In this document: piece by piece, positions 1 to 8,600 of the stretch
Numbering within the stretch: the stretch's first letter is position 1
Layout: each line of letters opens with the position of its first letter
Source of the DNA: an uncultured Rickettsiales bacterium
Lineage (GTDB): Bacteria; Myxococcota_A; UBA796; UBA9615
Assembly (NCBI GenBank): GCA_964620495.1
Contig: CAZUHI010000012.1
Location: 9,018 to 73,017, forward strand
DNA length: 64,000 nucleotides
Direction of reading: 5' to 3'
Notes under the pieces: generated by a model
What the model was told of the DNA's origin: nothing
Seen by the model: only the letters and a program-made list of their open reading frames with translations
The model's database searches: none
Made by a program: the position numbers and the translations under genes

Positions 1-2
1 CG

Positions 3-158
3 GTCTTCTACGCGCCGCCGGACGGCACGCAGCGGCTGGCGGCCTCGGCGGGCCAGTACTTCCTCGTGAACTACGAGGCCTACGCGATGTTCACGGTCCT
101 CTGCGCGGCGTACCTGGTGGCGGACGTGCGGGCGTGGCTCGCGAGCCGCTCCGACTGA
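3..158 (+). CDS. 3' end of an unidentified CDS entering from the left edge (hypothetical)
   Basis: Open frame from the window edge to TGA at 156-158 (...QYFLVNYEAYAMFTVLCAAYLVADVRAWLASRSD*). GC-rich third positions. No recognisable motif. Confidence 0.3.
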   Translation, partial: VFYAPPDGTQRLAASAGQYFLVNYEAYAMFTVLCAAYLVADVRAWLASRSD

Positions 159-161
159 TCT

Positions 162-419
162 CTACGGATCGTCGGGGCCCGGGTCGCTGATCCGGATCTG
201 CCGCCCCTCGAGGATGGTGCGATCCCGAGCGGCCTTCGCGGCGTCGGCGTCCGCGTCGGCGGCGAAGGTGATGACGGCGCGGCCGCGAGACCGCTTCGTA
301 TCGGTGCGGCCGTGGGCGACGCGCACCTCCGTGATCTCGCCGTACTCCTCGAACTCGTCGCGGAGGTCGTCTTCGGTGAGGGCGGGGTCGAACATGATCA
401 CGAGGATGGACTTGGCCAC
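162..419 (-). CDS. RRM/RNP-1 type RNA-binding protein
   Basis: 85 aa. RNP2-like ILVIMF and RNP1-like RGRAVITF, as in small bacterial RRM proteins. Confidence 0.8.
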   Translation of the reverse strand: MAKSILVIMFDPALTEDDLRDEFEEYGEITEVRVAHGRTDTKRSRGRAVITFAADADADAAKAARDRTILEGRQIRISDPGPDDP

Positions 420-431
420 GGGGACTCCGGG

Positions 432-1760
432 TCAGGAAGGGGCAGGCAGCGACGGTCGAGCGGGGCCCGGTCGACCGAGTCGGTCGGCGAGGGCCTGCGC
501 TTTGGAGATCGCCAGCAGCATGTAGATGGGCGGGTACGCCCGCCACGGGTTGAACACGTCGCCCGCGAGGACGGCGAGGATCTCGGCGTACAGCCACTCC
601 ACCCCCGGTCGGCCGCGCGGGACGCGCATGAAGACGGTCCGGAACTCGGGCCGGTACCAGGCGTAGATGAACGTGCGGAACACCTTCAGGGCGGTCCGGG
701 CGGAGCGCTCGTAGCCGCGGAAGTCCCGTCTGCGGGGTCGGTCGGGGCGCGCGAGGGCGGCCAACGCGTCCATCGCCGCCGCGCGCGCGCTCGACATCGC
801 GAGGTGCACGCCCGAGCTGAACACGGGATCCAGGAACGCGGCGGCGTCGCCCACCATCACCCAGCCGTCGCCCGCGTAGCGTCGGCACTGGAACGAGAAG
901 TTCGCGAGGGACTCGACGTCCCCCACCCGCGTGGCGGCGGCGAGGCGAGACCGGAGGCCGGGCGTCTCCTCGATGAGGGCCTCGAGGAGCGCCGTGGGAT
1001 CGCTGCCCTTGATGCGGCGGGCGAACACGGCGTTGTCCACCACCGCGCCCACCGAGACGCGGTCGCCCCGGAAGGGGATCAGCCACACCCAACCCCAGTC
1101 CGTGGCGAGGATGCAGAGGGTCCCCTCGTCGTCGCCGGTGGAGCGGATGGCGCCGTCCCAGTGGCCGACGAGCCCCACCTTGTTGAGGAAGCGGTCCGGG
1201 ACGCGCAGGCCGAGCTCGGTCCCCAGGAGCGCCCGTCGGCCCGCGCAGTCCGCCACGAGGCGGGCGCGCACGTCGGTCTCCGTTCCGTCCTCCCCACGGA
1301 GACGGACCCCGTGCACGGCGTCTCCGTCGCGGTGCCAGGCGACGACCTCGAGGTGCGCGACGCAGTGGGCGCCCTGCTCGCCCGCCGCCTCCCAGAGGAT
1401 GCGGTCGAACTCGGACCGCTCGACCTCGTAGGCGTGATCGTGGCGACGTCGGGCGGCCTCGGGGAAGTGGTAGTACTCGGGGTCGGCGCAGGCCGCGAAG
1501 TCGAAGTACGCCCCGTACTTGCGCACGAACGTGGCGTCGAGCCGCTCGAGCAGCCCGAGCTCCTCCCAGATCGCCATCGTCTTGGGCAGCAGGCTCTCGC
1601 CCACGGAGAAGCGGGGGTGTCGCGACTTCTCCACCACCAGCACGTCGGCGCCCCCGCGCGCGAGGTAGTTGGCGAAGGTCGTACCGGCCGGTCCCCCTCC
1701 GACCACGACGACGTCGTACCGGTCGCGGAGGGGGCTCGAAGCGGGGGCCGGAGCGGACAT
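432..1760 (-). CDS. FAD-dependent oxidoreductase, flavin-dependent halogenase-like
   Basis: N-terminal dinucleotide fold VVVVGGGPAGTT (GxGxxG). WVWLIP matches the halogenase WxWxIP signature. A Lys lies in SVGESLLPKT. Confidence 0.75.
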   Translation of the reverse strand: MSAPAPASSPLRDRYDVVVVGGGPAGTTFANYLARGGADVLVVEKSRHPRFSVGESLLPKTMAIWEELGLLERLDATFVRKYGAYFDFAACADPEYYHFPEAARRRHDHAYEVERSEFDRILWEAAGEQGAHCVAHLEVVAWHRDGDAVHGVRLRGEDGTETDVRARLVADCAGRRALLGTELGLRVPDRFLNKVGLVGHWDGAIRSTGDDEGTLCILATDWGWVWLIPFRGDRVSVGAVVDNAVFARRIKGSDPTALLEALIEETPGLRSRLAAATRVGDVESLANFSFQCRRYAGDGWVMVGDAAAFLDPVFSSGVHLAMSSARAAAMDALAALARPDRPRRRDFRGYERSARTALKVFRTFIYAWYRPEFRTVFMRVPRGRPGVEWLYAEILAVLAGDVFNPWRAYPPIYMLLAISKAQALADRLGRPGPARPSLPAPS

Positions 1761-1904
1761 CGCGCGGATGATACGCGAGCCGGGATCGGGCCGCGTCTCG
1801 GGCGCGCCGTTCGATCTTGGGGGCGCCTACAGGCACAATGTCCGGTGCCCTCGACCGGCGCGGCGCAGTCGTGCGTCACGACCGAGGCAAGGAGAAACAC
1901 CGGG

Positions 1905-3815
1905 TTGATCGGCGATCCCGAGCACTATCTGGCGGACGGGGACTACCTCAACGCCGCCCGCTCCTTCGAGCGCTCCTCGCGCTGGAACGAGGCGGTGGAT
2001 GCGTACGCTCGCGCCGGTCAATACAACGAGGCCGGTCGGCTGCTGGAGTCCATGAGCCGGTTCCGCGACGCGGGCCGGATGCTGTTGCGCTACCTGCCCT
2101 CGGACCCGACGCCGGTGCGGCAGCTGACGGCCCTGGCCAAGCGCGAAGCGATGAAGGCCGCCCTCAACTTCGCGCGCGGGGGGGCCCGAAACGAGGCCGT
2201 GGGCCTCCTCATGAACCTCGGCGAGCACACGCGCGCGGCGGGCCTCCTGCGCATGGCCGGCCTGCGAGAGCACGCGGTCCTGGCGATGCGGGGCAAGCCC
2301 ATCCCGGGGTCTCCGTGGCCCGCGGGGATCCTCTTCGCGCTGGACGCCCCCAAGGCGCCGCCGGCGGACCCGTCGGGGCCCGCGCCGTTCCAACCCATGG
2401 GCTCCCCCGCCCCCGCCCCGCCGTCGCGCAGAAACTCGGGGCGGGCCCGCGCCCCGTCCTCGGGTCGGCAGCGTCCGTCCACGTCCGGAGGCCGGAGGCG
2501 ATCGAGCCCGGGGGGGCGCGTGCCCGAGCCCCCGCCCGCCCGCAGGGCGCCGCCCACGGTGGGCTCCACCGACTTCGACGACCTCCGCCCCGCCCTCGGG
2601 CGCCCGTCGTTGAGCCGAGAGATGCCGTCCGAGGAGCCCGCTCCCAGGGGAGCTTCGCCCGGCCCGGCGGGTCCTGCCTGGGGCGCGCCGCGGACCTTCG
2701 GTACGCCCGGCGACGGGGGCCGCATGCCCGCGGGGATGGGCCACGCCCCCGCGCCTCGCACCGTGCAGGACGAGGAGGATCTGAGCCTGCGTCCGTCGAT
2801 GTCGATGCCCGCGCCGGGCACGCCGCGGGTCCCCACGTCGTCGGGGATGGAGTCCGTCGGGTCCGCGGACCCCCTCGCCCGCACCCCCAGCGCGCCTCCC
2901 GGCGCCAGCCCCACGCCCAGCGGTGCCCCCGGCGGCCCCGCCATGGGCGGCGGCGGCGCCGACATCCGCGAGGGCACGATCCTCGCCGACCGGTACCGGC
3001 TCGAGCAGCTGATCGGCGCGGGCGGAATGGCCCGCGTCTACCGCACCATGGACCTCGAGCTGGAAGAGGAGATCGCCCTCAAGATCTTCCTCCAGATCAT
3101 CTACGACGAAGACGAAGAGGGCCTCAAGCGGTTCCGCCAGGAGATGAAGCTCAGCCGCAAGCTGATCCACCCGAACATCGTGCGCATCTACGAGTTCGGG
3201 GCGTGGCGCGGCGCGCGCTTCATCACGATGGAGCTCCTCAAGGGCAAGGACCTGGAGGGCTGGCTCGACAAGCACGGCGGGGTGCTGCCCCCGGACGAGG
3301 TGCTGCGTCTCATGATCCAGGCCTGCGCGGGCCTGCACGCAGCGCACACCGCAGGGGTCATCCACCGAGACGTGAAGCCGTCGAACTTCTTCATCATCGA
3401 CGAAGGCAAGCGGCTCAAGCTCATGGACTTCGGCGTCGCCAAGGTGAAGGGGGCGGGCCAGTCGCTGTCCTCGGTCGACGCCCGCATCGGCACCCCCCGG
3501 TACATGAGTCCGGAGCAGATCCAGGGCGGGGTCGAGGTGGGCCCGCCCGCCGATCTCTACGCCCTCGGCGCCGTCATGTACGAGATCCTCACCGGGCGTC
3601 GGGTGTTCGAGGAGGACGATCTCGTCCCGCTCCTGCTCAGCCACCTCAGCGAGCCGCCGACCCCCCTGCGCAAGCACGCCCCCCACGTCCCGCCGGACAT
3701 CGAGGCGATCGTGATGCGACTCCTGCAGAAGGAGCCGTCGCGGCGCTTCCCCGACTGCAACGAGCTGCGGAAGGCGCTGCTGACCGCCTACGTCAACGTG
3801 CAGCGGAGCAGCTGA
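1905..3815 (+). CDS. Ser/Thr protein kinase with N-terminal helical repeats, a long Pro/Ser/Gly-rich linker and a C-terminal kinase domain
   Basis: Kinase motifs GAGGMARVY, ALKIF, HRDVKPSNFF, DFGVAK, GTPRYMSPE. Proposed TTG start at 1905 follows GGAG at 1891-1894. The part of ORF 312..3815 upstream of this lies antisense to the halogenase-like gene. Confidence 0.85.
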   Translation: MIGDPEHYLADGDYLNAARSFERSSRWNEAVDAYARAGQYNEAGRLLESMSRFRDAGRMLLRYLPSDPTPVRQLTALAKREAMKAALNFARGGARNEAVGLLMNLGEHTRAAGLLRMAGLREHAVLAMRGKPIPGSPWPAGILFALDAPKAPPADPSGPAPFQPMGSPAPAPPSRRNSGRARAPSSGRQRPSTSGGRRRSSPGGRVPEPPPARRAPPTVGSTDFDDLRPALGRPSLSREMPSEEPAPRGASPGPAGPAWGAPRTFGTPGDGGRMPAGMGHAPAPRTVQDEEDLSLRPSMSMPAPGTPRVPTSSGMESVGSADPLARTPSAPPGASPTPSGAPGGPAMGGGGADIREGTILADRYRLEQLIGAGGMARVYRTMDLELEEEIALKIFLQIIYDEDEEGLKRFRQEMKLSRKLIHPNIVRIYEFGAWRGARFITMELLKGKDLEGWLDKHGGVLPPDEVLRLMIQACAGLHAAHTAGVIHRDVKPSNFFIIDEGKRLKLMDFGVAKVKGAGQSLSSVDARIGTPRYMSPEQIQGGVEVGPPADLYALGAVMYEILTGRRVFEEDDLVPLLLSHLSEPPTPLRKHAPHVPPDIEAIVMRLLQKEPSRRFPDCNELRKALLTAYVNVQRSS

Positions 3816-3828
3816 GCCCGGGCGGCGC

Positions 3829-5853
3829 GTGACCCTCGACCAACTGCCTGCCGAAGCCCTCCCTGAGGTCGTCTCCGGCCACCGCTTGGTCTCCGTCCTG
3901 GAGGACCTGTCGGGCGAGGTGCGGTTCGCGGGGACGGGCCCGCAGGGGCACCCGATCGAGCTGCGCGCGTTCCGGGGCCCGCGGGCGTCGGACCCGACCG
4001 TCGGCGAAGCCTTGGAGCGGACCCTGTCCCAGGCGGCGCTGCTGCGACACCGCGCGGTGGTGGGCGTCACGGCTTGGGGACGGGTCGAAGGCGCCTTGTG
4101 GGTGGCGGGCGAGCCGACCGACGGGGTGACCCTGGACGAGGTCGCCGCCCAGGTGGGCGTGATCCCGGCGCGGGCGGCGGTGGAGATCGCGCTCGAGGTC
4201 GCGGGCGCCCTGGACCACGCCTTCGCCGTCTCTCACCAGGTGCCGGGCCCTCCGCTGCACCACGGGGCCCTCACCGAGGACCGGGTCGAGATCACGGCGT
4301 CGGGCAGGGTCCGGGTGCGGGACCTCGGGCTGAGCCCGTTGCACGAGCCGTTTCGAGGCTCGGCGCCTGCCTGGGTGCCGCCGGAGGTGCGGACCGGGGG
4401 CGTCTTCGACGTGCGCGGAGACCTCTTCAGCCTCGGGGTGCTGCTCGGCAGCCTCGCGACCGGCGGGCCCGTGCTCGTGGGGGGCGACGCTCCCGCCGCC
4501 CTGCGGGCCCTGGAGGGCGTGCACGGCTCGCGCGCCCTGGAGACGCGGCTGGACCAGCGGGGGAGGGGCCTCGGAGAGGTGGTCCTGAGGCTCATCGCGG
4601 CCGATCCCGCGGCGCGCTTCGAGACCCCCGCCGACGCCGAAGCCGCCCTCCTGTCCCTGCGGGGCGCGTTGCTCCCCGATCGACGCTTGGACGAGCTCGT
4701 GCACGAGGTGGTGGGGGCCGTGGGAGGCCGTCGCCCGGCCGCCCGCGTGCGCGCCCCCGTGATCCGCATGCCCGAGGACACGCTCGCGAGCGGGCTGGTC
4801 CCCGCCCGGGAGCCCACGGTCCCCCTCGACATCACCACGGCGCCGGGACGCGAGGACGAGGCCGAGCTCACGACGGCCGGCGGCTCGCCGCCCCCCTTCG
4901 AGCCCACGACCGCCCCCGGGGGCGCCCCTCCGGTGATCGCGGAGACGCTCGGATCCGCCCCGACCGTGGAGGAGGCCGGGCCCGTCGCTGCCCCGCGGTC
5001 GCCTCCGGTCCCTGAGGCGTCTCCCCCGAAATACTCGATGAGGGACTTCGTCGCGCCCCGGCCGCCCTCGAGCCCGGCGTCGGCCGCCGAGGAGAGGCCG
5101 CTCCCGCCGCCCGCGTTCGTGCCGCCGCCGGCCCCTCCACCTCCGGCCCTTCCACGCCCGGCCCCTCCATCGCCGACTCCTCTGCCACCCGCGCCTCGCG
5201 CGCCCGCCCCCGCCGCGACCGCCGTCGAGGGCGCCATGCCCCGCCCGAAGATCATGCTCTTCGCGGGCCTGCTCGTCCTCGGCGCGGTCCTGCTGGTCCT
5301 GCTGGTGCCCCGGGGTGAAGACTCGGACGCCACGGCCCCCGAACCGGAGGCCCCTCCCGCCCCGGAGGAGGACGCCTTCACCTCGCTCGACGCGGCTCCC
5401 CCGGCCCCCGCCGACGCCGCGCCCGCGCCCGACGAAGCCACCCCCGAAGCGGTCGCCGCCGCGGTGCTGCCGCCCGAGCCGTCGGTCGCTCCGCCCACCC
5501 CCCCGGCGCCCCGCCCGGCCCCCGTCGTCGCGCCGCCGGAGGACGCGGGCCCCGTCACCCTGAGCCTCAAGCACCGCCCGGTCGCGGCGGGATCCGCGGG
5601 CGCCTCGGAGCTCGTCTCGGTGCGGGTCGACGGGCCGCCGGACACGGAGGTCGTCCTCCACTTCGGCCCGCCCGGGGGCCCTCACGAGCAGCGCGCCCTG
5701 GGCGCCAAGAGCGGCGGTCGGTGGGAGGGCTGGCTGCCGTTGCCGGCGGCGGGCGTGGGGCTCGAGTACTGGATCGTCGCCCGCCACCCGCGGGCCTCCT
5801 CGGTCGCCGGCTCCGGGTCCTCGGGCGCGCCCCACACCGTCCAGGTTCGATGA
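3829..5853 (+). CDS. Membrane-anchored pseudokinase-like protein (degenerate kinase fold, one TM helix, Pro-rich C-terminal region)
   Basis: Kinase-like layout with HRD replaced by HHGAL, DFG by DLG, no Gly-loop, and APE-like WVPPEV retained. TM segment IMLFAGLLVLGAVLLVLLV. Starts 14 nt after the kinase stop. Confidence 0.65.
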   Translation: MTLDQLPAEALPEVVSGHRLVSVLEDLSGEVRFAGTGPQGHPIELRAFRGPRASDPTVGEALERTLSQAALLRHRAVVGVTAWGRVEGALWVAGEPTDGVTLDEVAAQVGVIPARAAVEIALEVAGALDHAFAVSHQVPGPPLHHGALTEDRVEITASGRVRVRDLGLSPLHEPFRGSAPAWVPPEVRTGGVFDVRGDLFSLGVLLGSLATGGPVLVGGDAPAALRALEGVHGSRALETRLDQRGRGLGEVVLRLIAADPAARFETPADAEAALLSLRGALLPDRRLDELVHEVVGAVGGRRPAARVRAPVIRMPEDTLASGLVPAREPTVPLDITTAPGREDEAELTTAGGSPPPFEPTTAPGGAPPVIAETLGSAPTVEEAGPVAAPRSPPVPEASPPKYSMRDFVAPRPPSSPASAAEERPLPPPAFVPPPAPPPPALPRPAPPSPTPLPPAPRAPAPAATAVEGAMPRPKIMLFAGLLVLGAVLLVLLVPRGEDSDATAPEPEAPPAPEEDAFTSLDAAPPAPADAAPAPDEATPEAVAAAVLPPEPSVAPPTPPAPRPAPVVAPPEDAGPVTLSLKHRPVAAGSAGASELVSVRVDGPPDTEVVLHFGPPGGPHEQRALGAKSGGRWEGWLPLPAAGVGLEYWIVARHPRASSVAGSGSSGAPHTVQVR

Positions 5854-6443
5854 TCCGCGACGCGAGCGACCTGCGGGCTCGGGACGCCTACTTCCTCATG
5901 ATCGACACGATCGTGCCCCGGCCGATCGCGTGGGTCGCCACGAGGTCGGCCGACGGGGTGGCGAACCTGGCTCCGTTCTCGTTCTTCACCGGCGTGACCT
6001 CGGCGCCCCCGACCGTCGTGGTGAACCTCGCCCCCCGCGTCGTCCGCGCCGACGACGGCACGCGCACCGTGCTCCCGAAGGACACGCTCGCCAACCTGCG
6101 GGAGACGGGCGTCTTCGTGCTCCACGTCGCCCCCCGCGAACACCGGTCCGCGGTCATTCAGAGCGCCCGGGACCACGCCCCCGAGGTCGACGAGATCGCC
6201 CTCGCGGGGTTCGAGACGGTGGAGGGCACGTGGGTCACTGCCCCGCGCATCCCGAGCTTGCCCGTGGCGATGGAGTGTCGCGTCTCGCAGATGATCGAGG
6301 TCGGCCGACTCCCGGCGACGATGGTCCTCGGCGAGATCCAGGGGTGGCACATCCACGACGCGCTCGTCGACGCCGACGGCCGCGCGCCGAGCGCGCGTTG
6401 GGGGCCCCTGGGGAGGCTCGGGGTCGAGGGCTACCAGGACTGA
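5850..6443 (+). CDS. Flavin reductase-like FMN-binding domain protein
   Basis: VPRPIAWVATRSADGVANLAPFSFFTGV is typical of the flavin reductase-like domain. ATGA overlap with the upstream stop. Confidence 0.85.
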   Translation: MIRDASDLRARDAYFLMIDTIVPRPIAWVATRSADGVANLAPFSFFTGVTSAPPTVVVNLAPRVVRADDGTRTVLPKDTLANLRETGVFVLHVAPREHRSAVIQSARDHAPEVDEIALAGFETVEGTWVTAPRIPSLPVAMECRVSQMIEVGRLPATMVLGEIQGWHIHDALVDADGRAPSARWGPLGRLGVEGYQD

Positions 6444-6452
6444 CAGACCATC

Positions 6453-6947
6453 TCAGACCGGGAGCGCGAACTCCTGGGAGAACTCGTTCCCCTCGTCGAG
6501 CACGAGGCAGAACCCCCCGCTGCAGGCCTTGAGCTTGGTCCCACGCGCCTCGCGCACGACGTGCGAGCGCCCCTCGGTGAGATCGCGCACGGCCTCGGCC
6601 GCCGGGAGATCCTGGAAGGGCCCCAAGGCCACGGCGCGGAACCGCAGCTCGTCCGCGTGCACCCCCCACACCCAAGTGGTGGGGAACCCCGCGGACTCGA
6701 GCGTCCAGGCGCCGATCTTCACGGTGCGCGGCGGGTCGGCGTAGAGGTCGCCCGCCTTCACCCGAACCACGTAGGCCGACCCGGCCAGGACGCCACGGAC
6801 CTGGGGCCGATCGAGCTGCCACGAGAGCTCGTCGCAGCCGGAGCAGTTGTCCGCCGACACCACCAGGATCAGACAGTCCCGACGAAAGGCGCGCGCCCGG
6901 CGGGCGTTCTCCGCGACCTGCTCCGTGAGGTCCAGGACCTCCGTCAT
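6453..6947 (-). CDS. Thioredoxin-like CxxC protein
   Basis: 164 aa from MTEVLDL. CSGC redox motif after a beta strand (LILVVSADNCSGCDEL). ATGA overlap with the upstream Sir2 gene. Confidence 0.6.
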   Translation of the reverse strand: MTEVLDLTEQVAENARRARAFRRDCLILVVSADNCSGCDELSWQLDRPQVRGVLAGSAYVVRVKAGDLYADPPRTVKIGAWTLESAGFPTTWVWGVHADELRFRAVALGPFQDLPAAEAVRDLTEGRSHVVREARGTKLKACSGGFCLVLDEGNEFSQEFALPV

Positions 6948-7657
6948 CCGCCGCCTCGGATCCACGCGTCGACGAGCCCGGGGAGGGCGATCTCGGAGCC
7001 CTGCTCGACCACGCGATCGAACGGTCCGCCGCTGGGGGCTGGGTTGACCTCCAGGCAGAACGCGCCGCGCGCGGAGGCCCGGGCCGCGAGCCCCGCGGCC
7101 GGGTACACGACCCCGGAGGTGCCCACCGAGACGAAGGTGGTGCACGCGCGCGTGGCGGCTCCGATGATCTCCATGGCGTAGGGCATCTCCCCGAACCAGA
7201 CGATGTCCGGGCGGAGGGCTCCGCCGCAGGCCGCGCACACGGCGTCGGGGTCCTGCTCGCCCGACACCGGCACGCGAGGGTGGGCGTCGGAGCCCTCGCA
7301 CCGCAGCGCGTGCAGGCTCCCATGCATCTCGATCACGTGCTCGGCGCCGGCGGCCGTGATCAGCCCGTCGATGTTCTGGGTGATCAGCACGACGCGCTCG
7401 GCCCCCCACGCCTGCTGCAGCCGGGCCAGGGCGACGTGCCCCGGGTTGGCCGACACCCGCTCGCAGGCGACGCGCCGCTCGTCGTAGAACCGCCGCACTG
7501 TGGGGCGATCACGGAACCACGCCTCGGGGGTGGCGACCTCTTCCACGCGGTGCCCCTCCCACAGGCCGTCCGCGTCGCGGAACGTGGGGATTCCGGAGGC
7601 CGCGGAGAGCCCCGCGCCGGAGAGGATCACGACCCGTTCGAGGTCCATCGTCGCCAT
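6944..7657 (-). CDS. cobB: NAD-dependent protein deacylase, Sir2 family
   Basis: GAGLSAASGIPTFR, LITQNIDGL, HG, Zn-ribbon cysteines C...CAACGG, VGTSGVVYPA. 237 aa from MATMDLERVV. Confidence 0.9.
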   Translation of the reverse strand: MATMDLERVVILSGAGLSAASGIPTFRDADGLWEGHRVEEVATPEAWFRDRPTVRRFYDERRVACERVSANPGHVALARLQQAWGAERVVLITQNIDGLITAAGAEHVIEMHGSLHALRCEGSDAHPRVPVSGEQDPDAVCAACGGALRPDIVWFGEMPYAMEIIGAATRACTTFVSVGTSGVVYPAAGLAARASARGAFCLEVNPAPSGGPFDRVVEQGSEIALPGLVDAWIRGGG

Positions 7658-8600
7658 GGCTCGACGGTACCACCGGGCGGCGGCCCCGACCCCGTGGCAG
7701 CATCGCCCCGTGCCCTCCTTCACCGACCGCCTCTCGGACCTCCCGTTCCTCGGCCTGGGCATCAGCACGGAGTACGGCGCGCACGACGGCGACGGCGCCC
7801 TGGACCTCCGGGCCCTGCAGGCTGCCGCCCCCGAGCTCGCGGCCTTCCTGGAGGTGGGCGTCGAGGTGGAGAAGGGGCTCGACGCCCACGCCGCCGCCTG
7901 GGTCTCGGAGGGGCTCCCGGCCACCTACCACTTCCTCGACGTGAACCTCGACGAACCCGAGGACCTCGACGCCCACTGGCTCGACCGCGTGCGGTCCCTG
8001 GCGGCCGAGGTGAAGCCCGCGTGGATGTGCGGGGACGCCGGGCTGTGGCACTTCGGGCCCCGGGAGCCCGCGCACATGCTCCTCTTGCCGCCCATCCTCA
8101 CGGACGACGCGGCCGGCGAGCTGGCCGAGGGCATCGTGGCCCTGCGCGAGGCGACCGGCCTCGAGGTGCTGCCCGAGAACCCCCCGGGGGCGGTCTACGT
8201 CGGGGATCTGCACCTGCTGGACTTCTTCGCCCGCGTCTGCGATCGCGCCGACACCGGGCTCCTCCTGGACGCCGCCCACCTCGCCATCTACCAGCGCGTC
8301 GCGGGGCACGACCCCCTCGCGGGCCTGGACGGCTTTCCCCTGGACCGAGTCGTGGAGATGCACGTCGCCGGTGGCGTGGTCCGCGAGCACGACGGCTACC
8401 CCTTCGTGGACGACGCGCACGGCTTGGACGTCCTCCCCGACACCTGGGCGGTGCTCGACGCGGTCGCCCCCCGGGCTCCGGAGCTGCGGGCCGTGGTCTT
8501 CGAGGCCGAACGGAACCCCCTCGGAGGCGTGATCGACGGGCTCCGGGCCCTCGCGCAGCGGCTCGACGGGACGCCCTTCGGGGCGAAGCGGGCCTCGTGA
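7656..8600 (+). CDS. DUF692 / MNIO-family (MbnB-like) TIM-barrel iron enzyme
   Basis: LGLGISTEY, YHFLDVNL, LPENPPG, LLLDAAHL, VEMHVAGG...VDDAHG resemble the UPF0276/DUF692 metal-ligand pattern. The start is uncertain: ATG 7656 or GTG 7710. Confidence 0.75.
   Translation: MARRYHRAAAPTPWQHRPVPSFTDRLSDLPFLGLGISTEYGAHDGDGALDLRALQAAAPELAAFLEVGVEVEKGLDAHAAAWVSEGLPATYHFLDVNLDEPEDLDAHWLDRVRSLAAEVKPAWMCGDAGLWHFGPREPAHMLLLPPILTDDAAGELAEGIVALREATGLEVLPENPPGAVYVGDLHLLDFFARVCDRADTGLLLDAAHLAIYQRVAGHDPLAGLDGFPLDRVVEMHVAGGVVREHDGYPFVDDAHGLDVLPDTWAVLDAVAPRAPELRAVVFEAERNPLGGVIDGLRALAQRLDGTPFGAKRAS

Noticed and set aside
91-1836. 581-aa minus-strand ORF, and similar long ORFs (for example 1827-4070 -, 3793-5835 -, 11154-13046 -, 21073-23277 -, 38231-41197 -).
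   Set aside because: Their translations are dominated by Arg/Pro/Gly/Ala runs with no motifs. They lie antisense or out of frame to genes with clear family signatures. They are typical shadow ORFs of a ~70% GC genome.
312-1904. N-terminal 530 aa of the 1167-aa ORF 312..3815.
   Set aside because: This part overlaps the well-supported minus-strand halogenase-like and RRM genes and looks like shadow sequence. A TTG at 1905 with an upstream GGAG gives a sensible kinase gene start.
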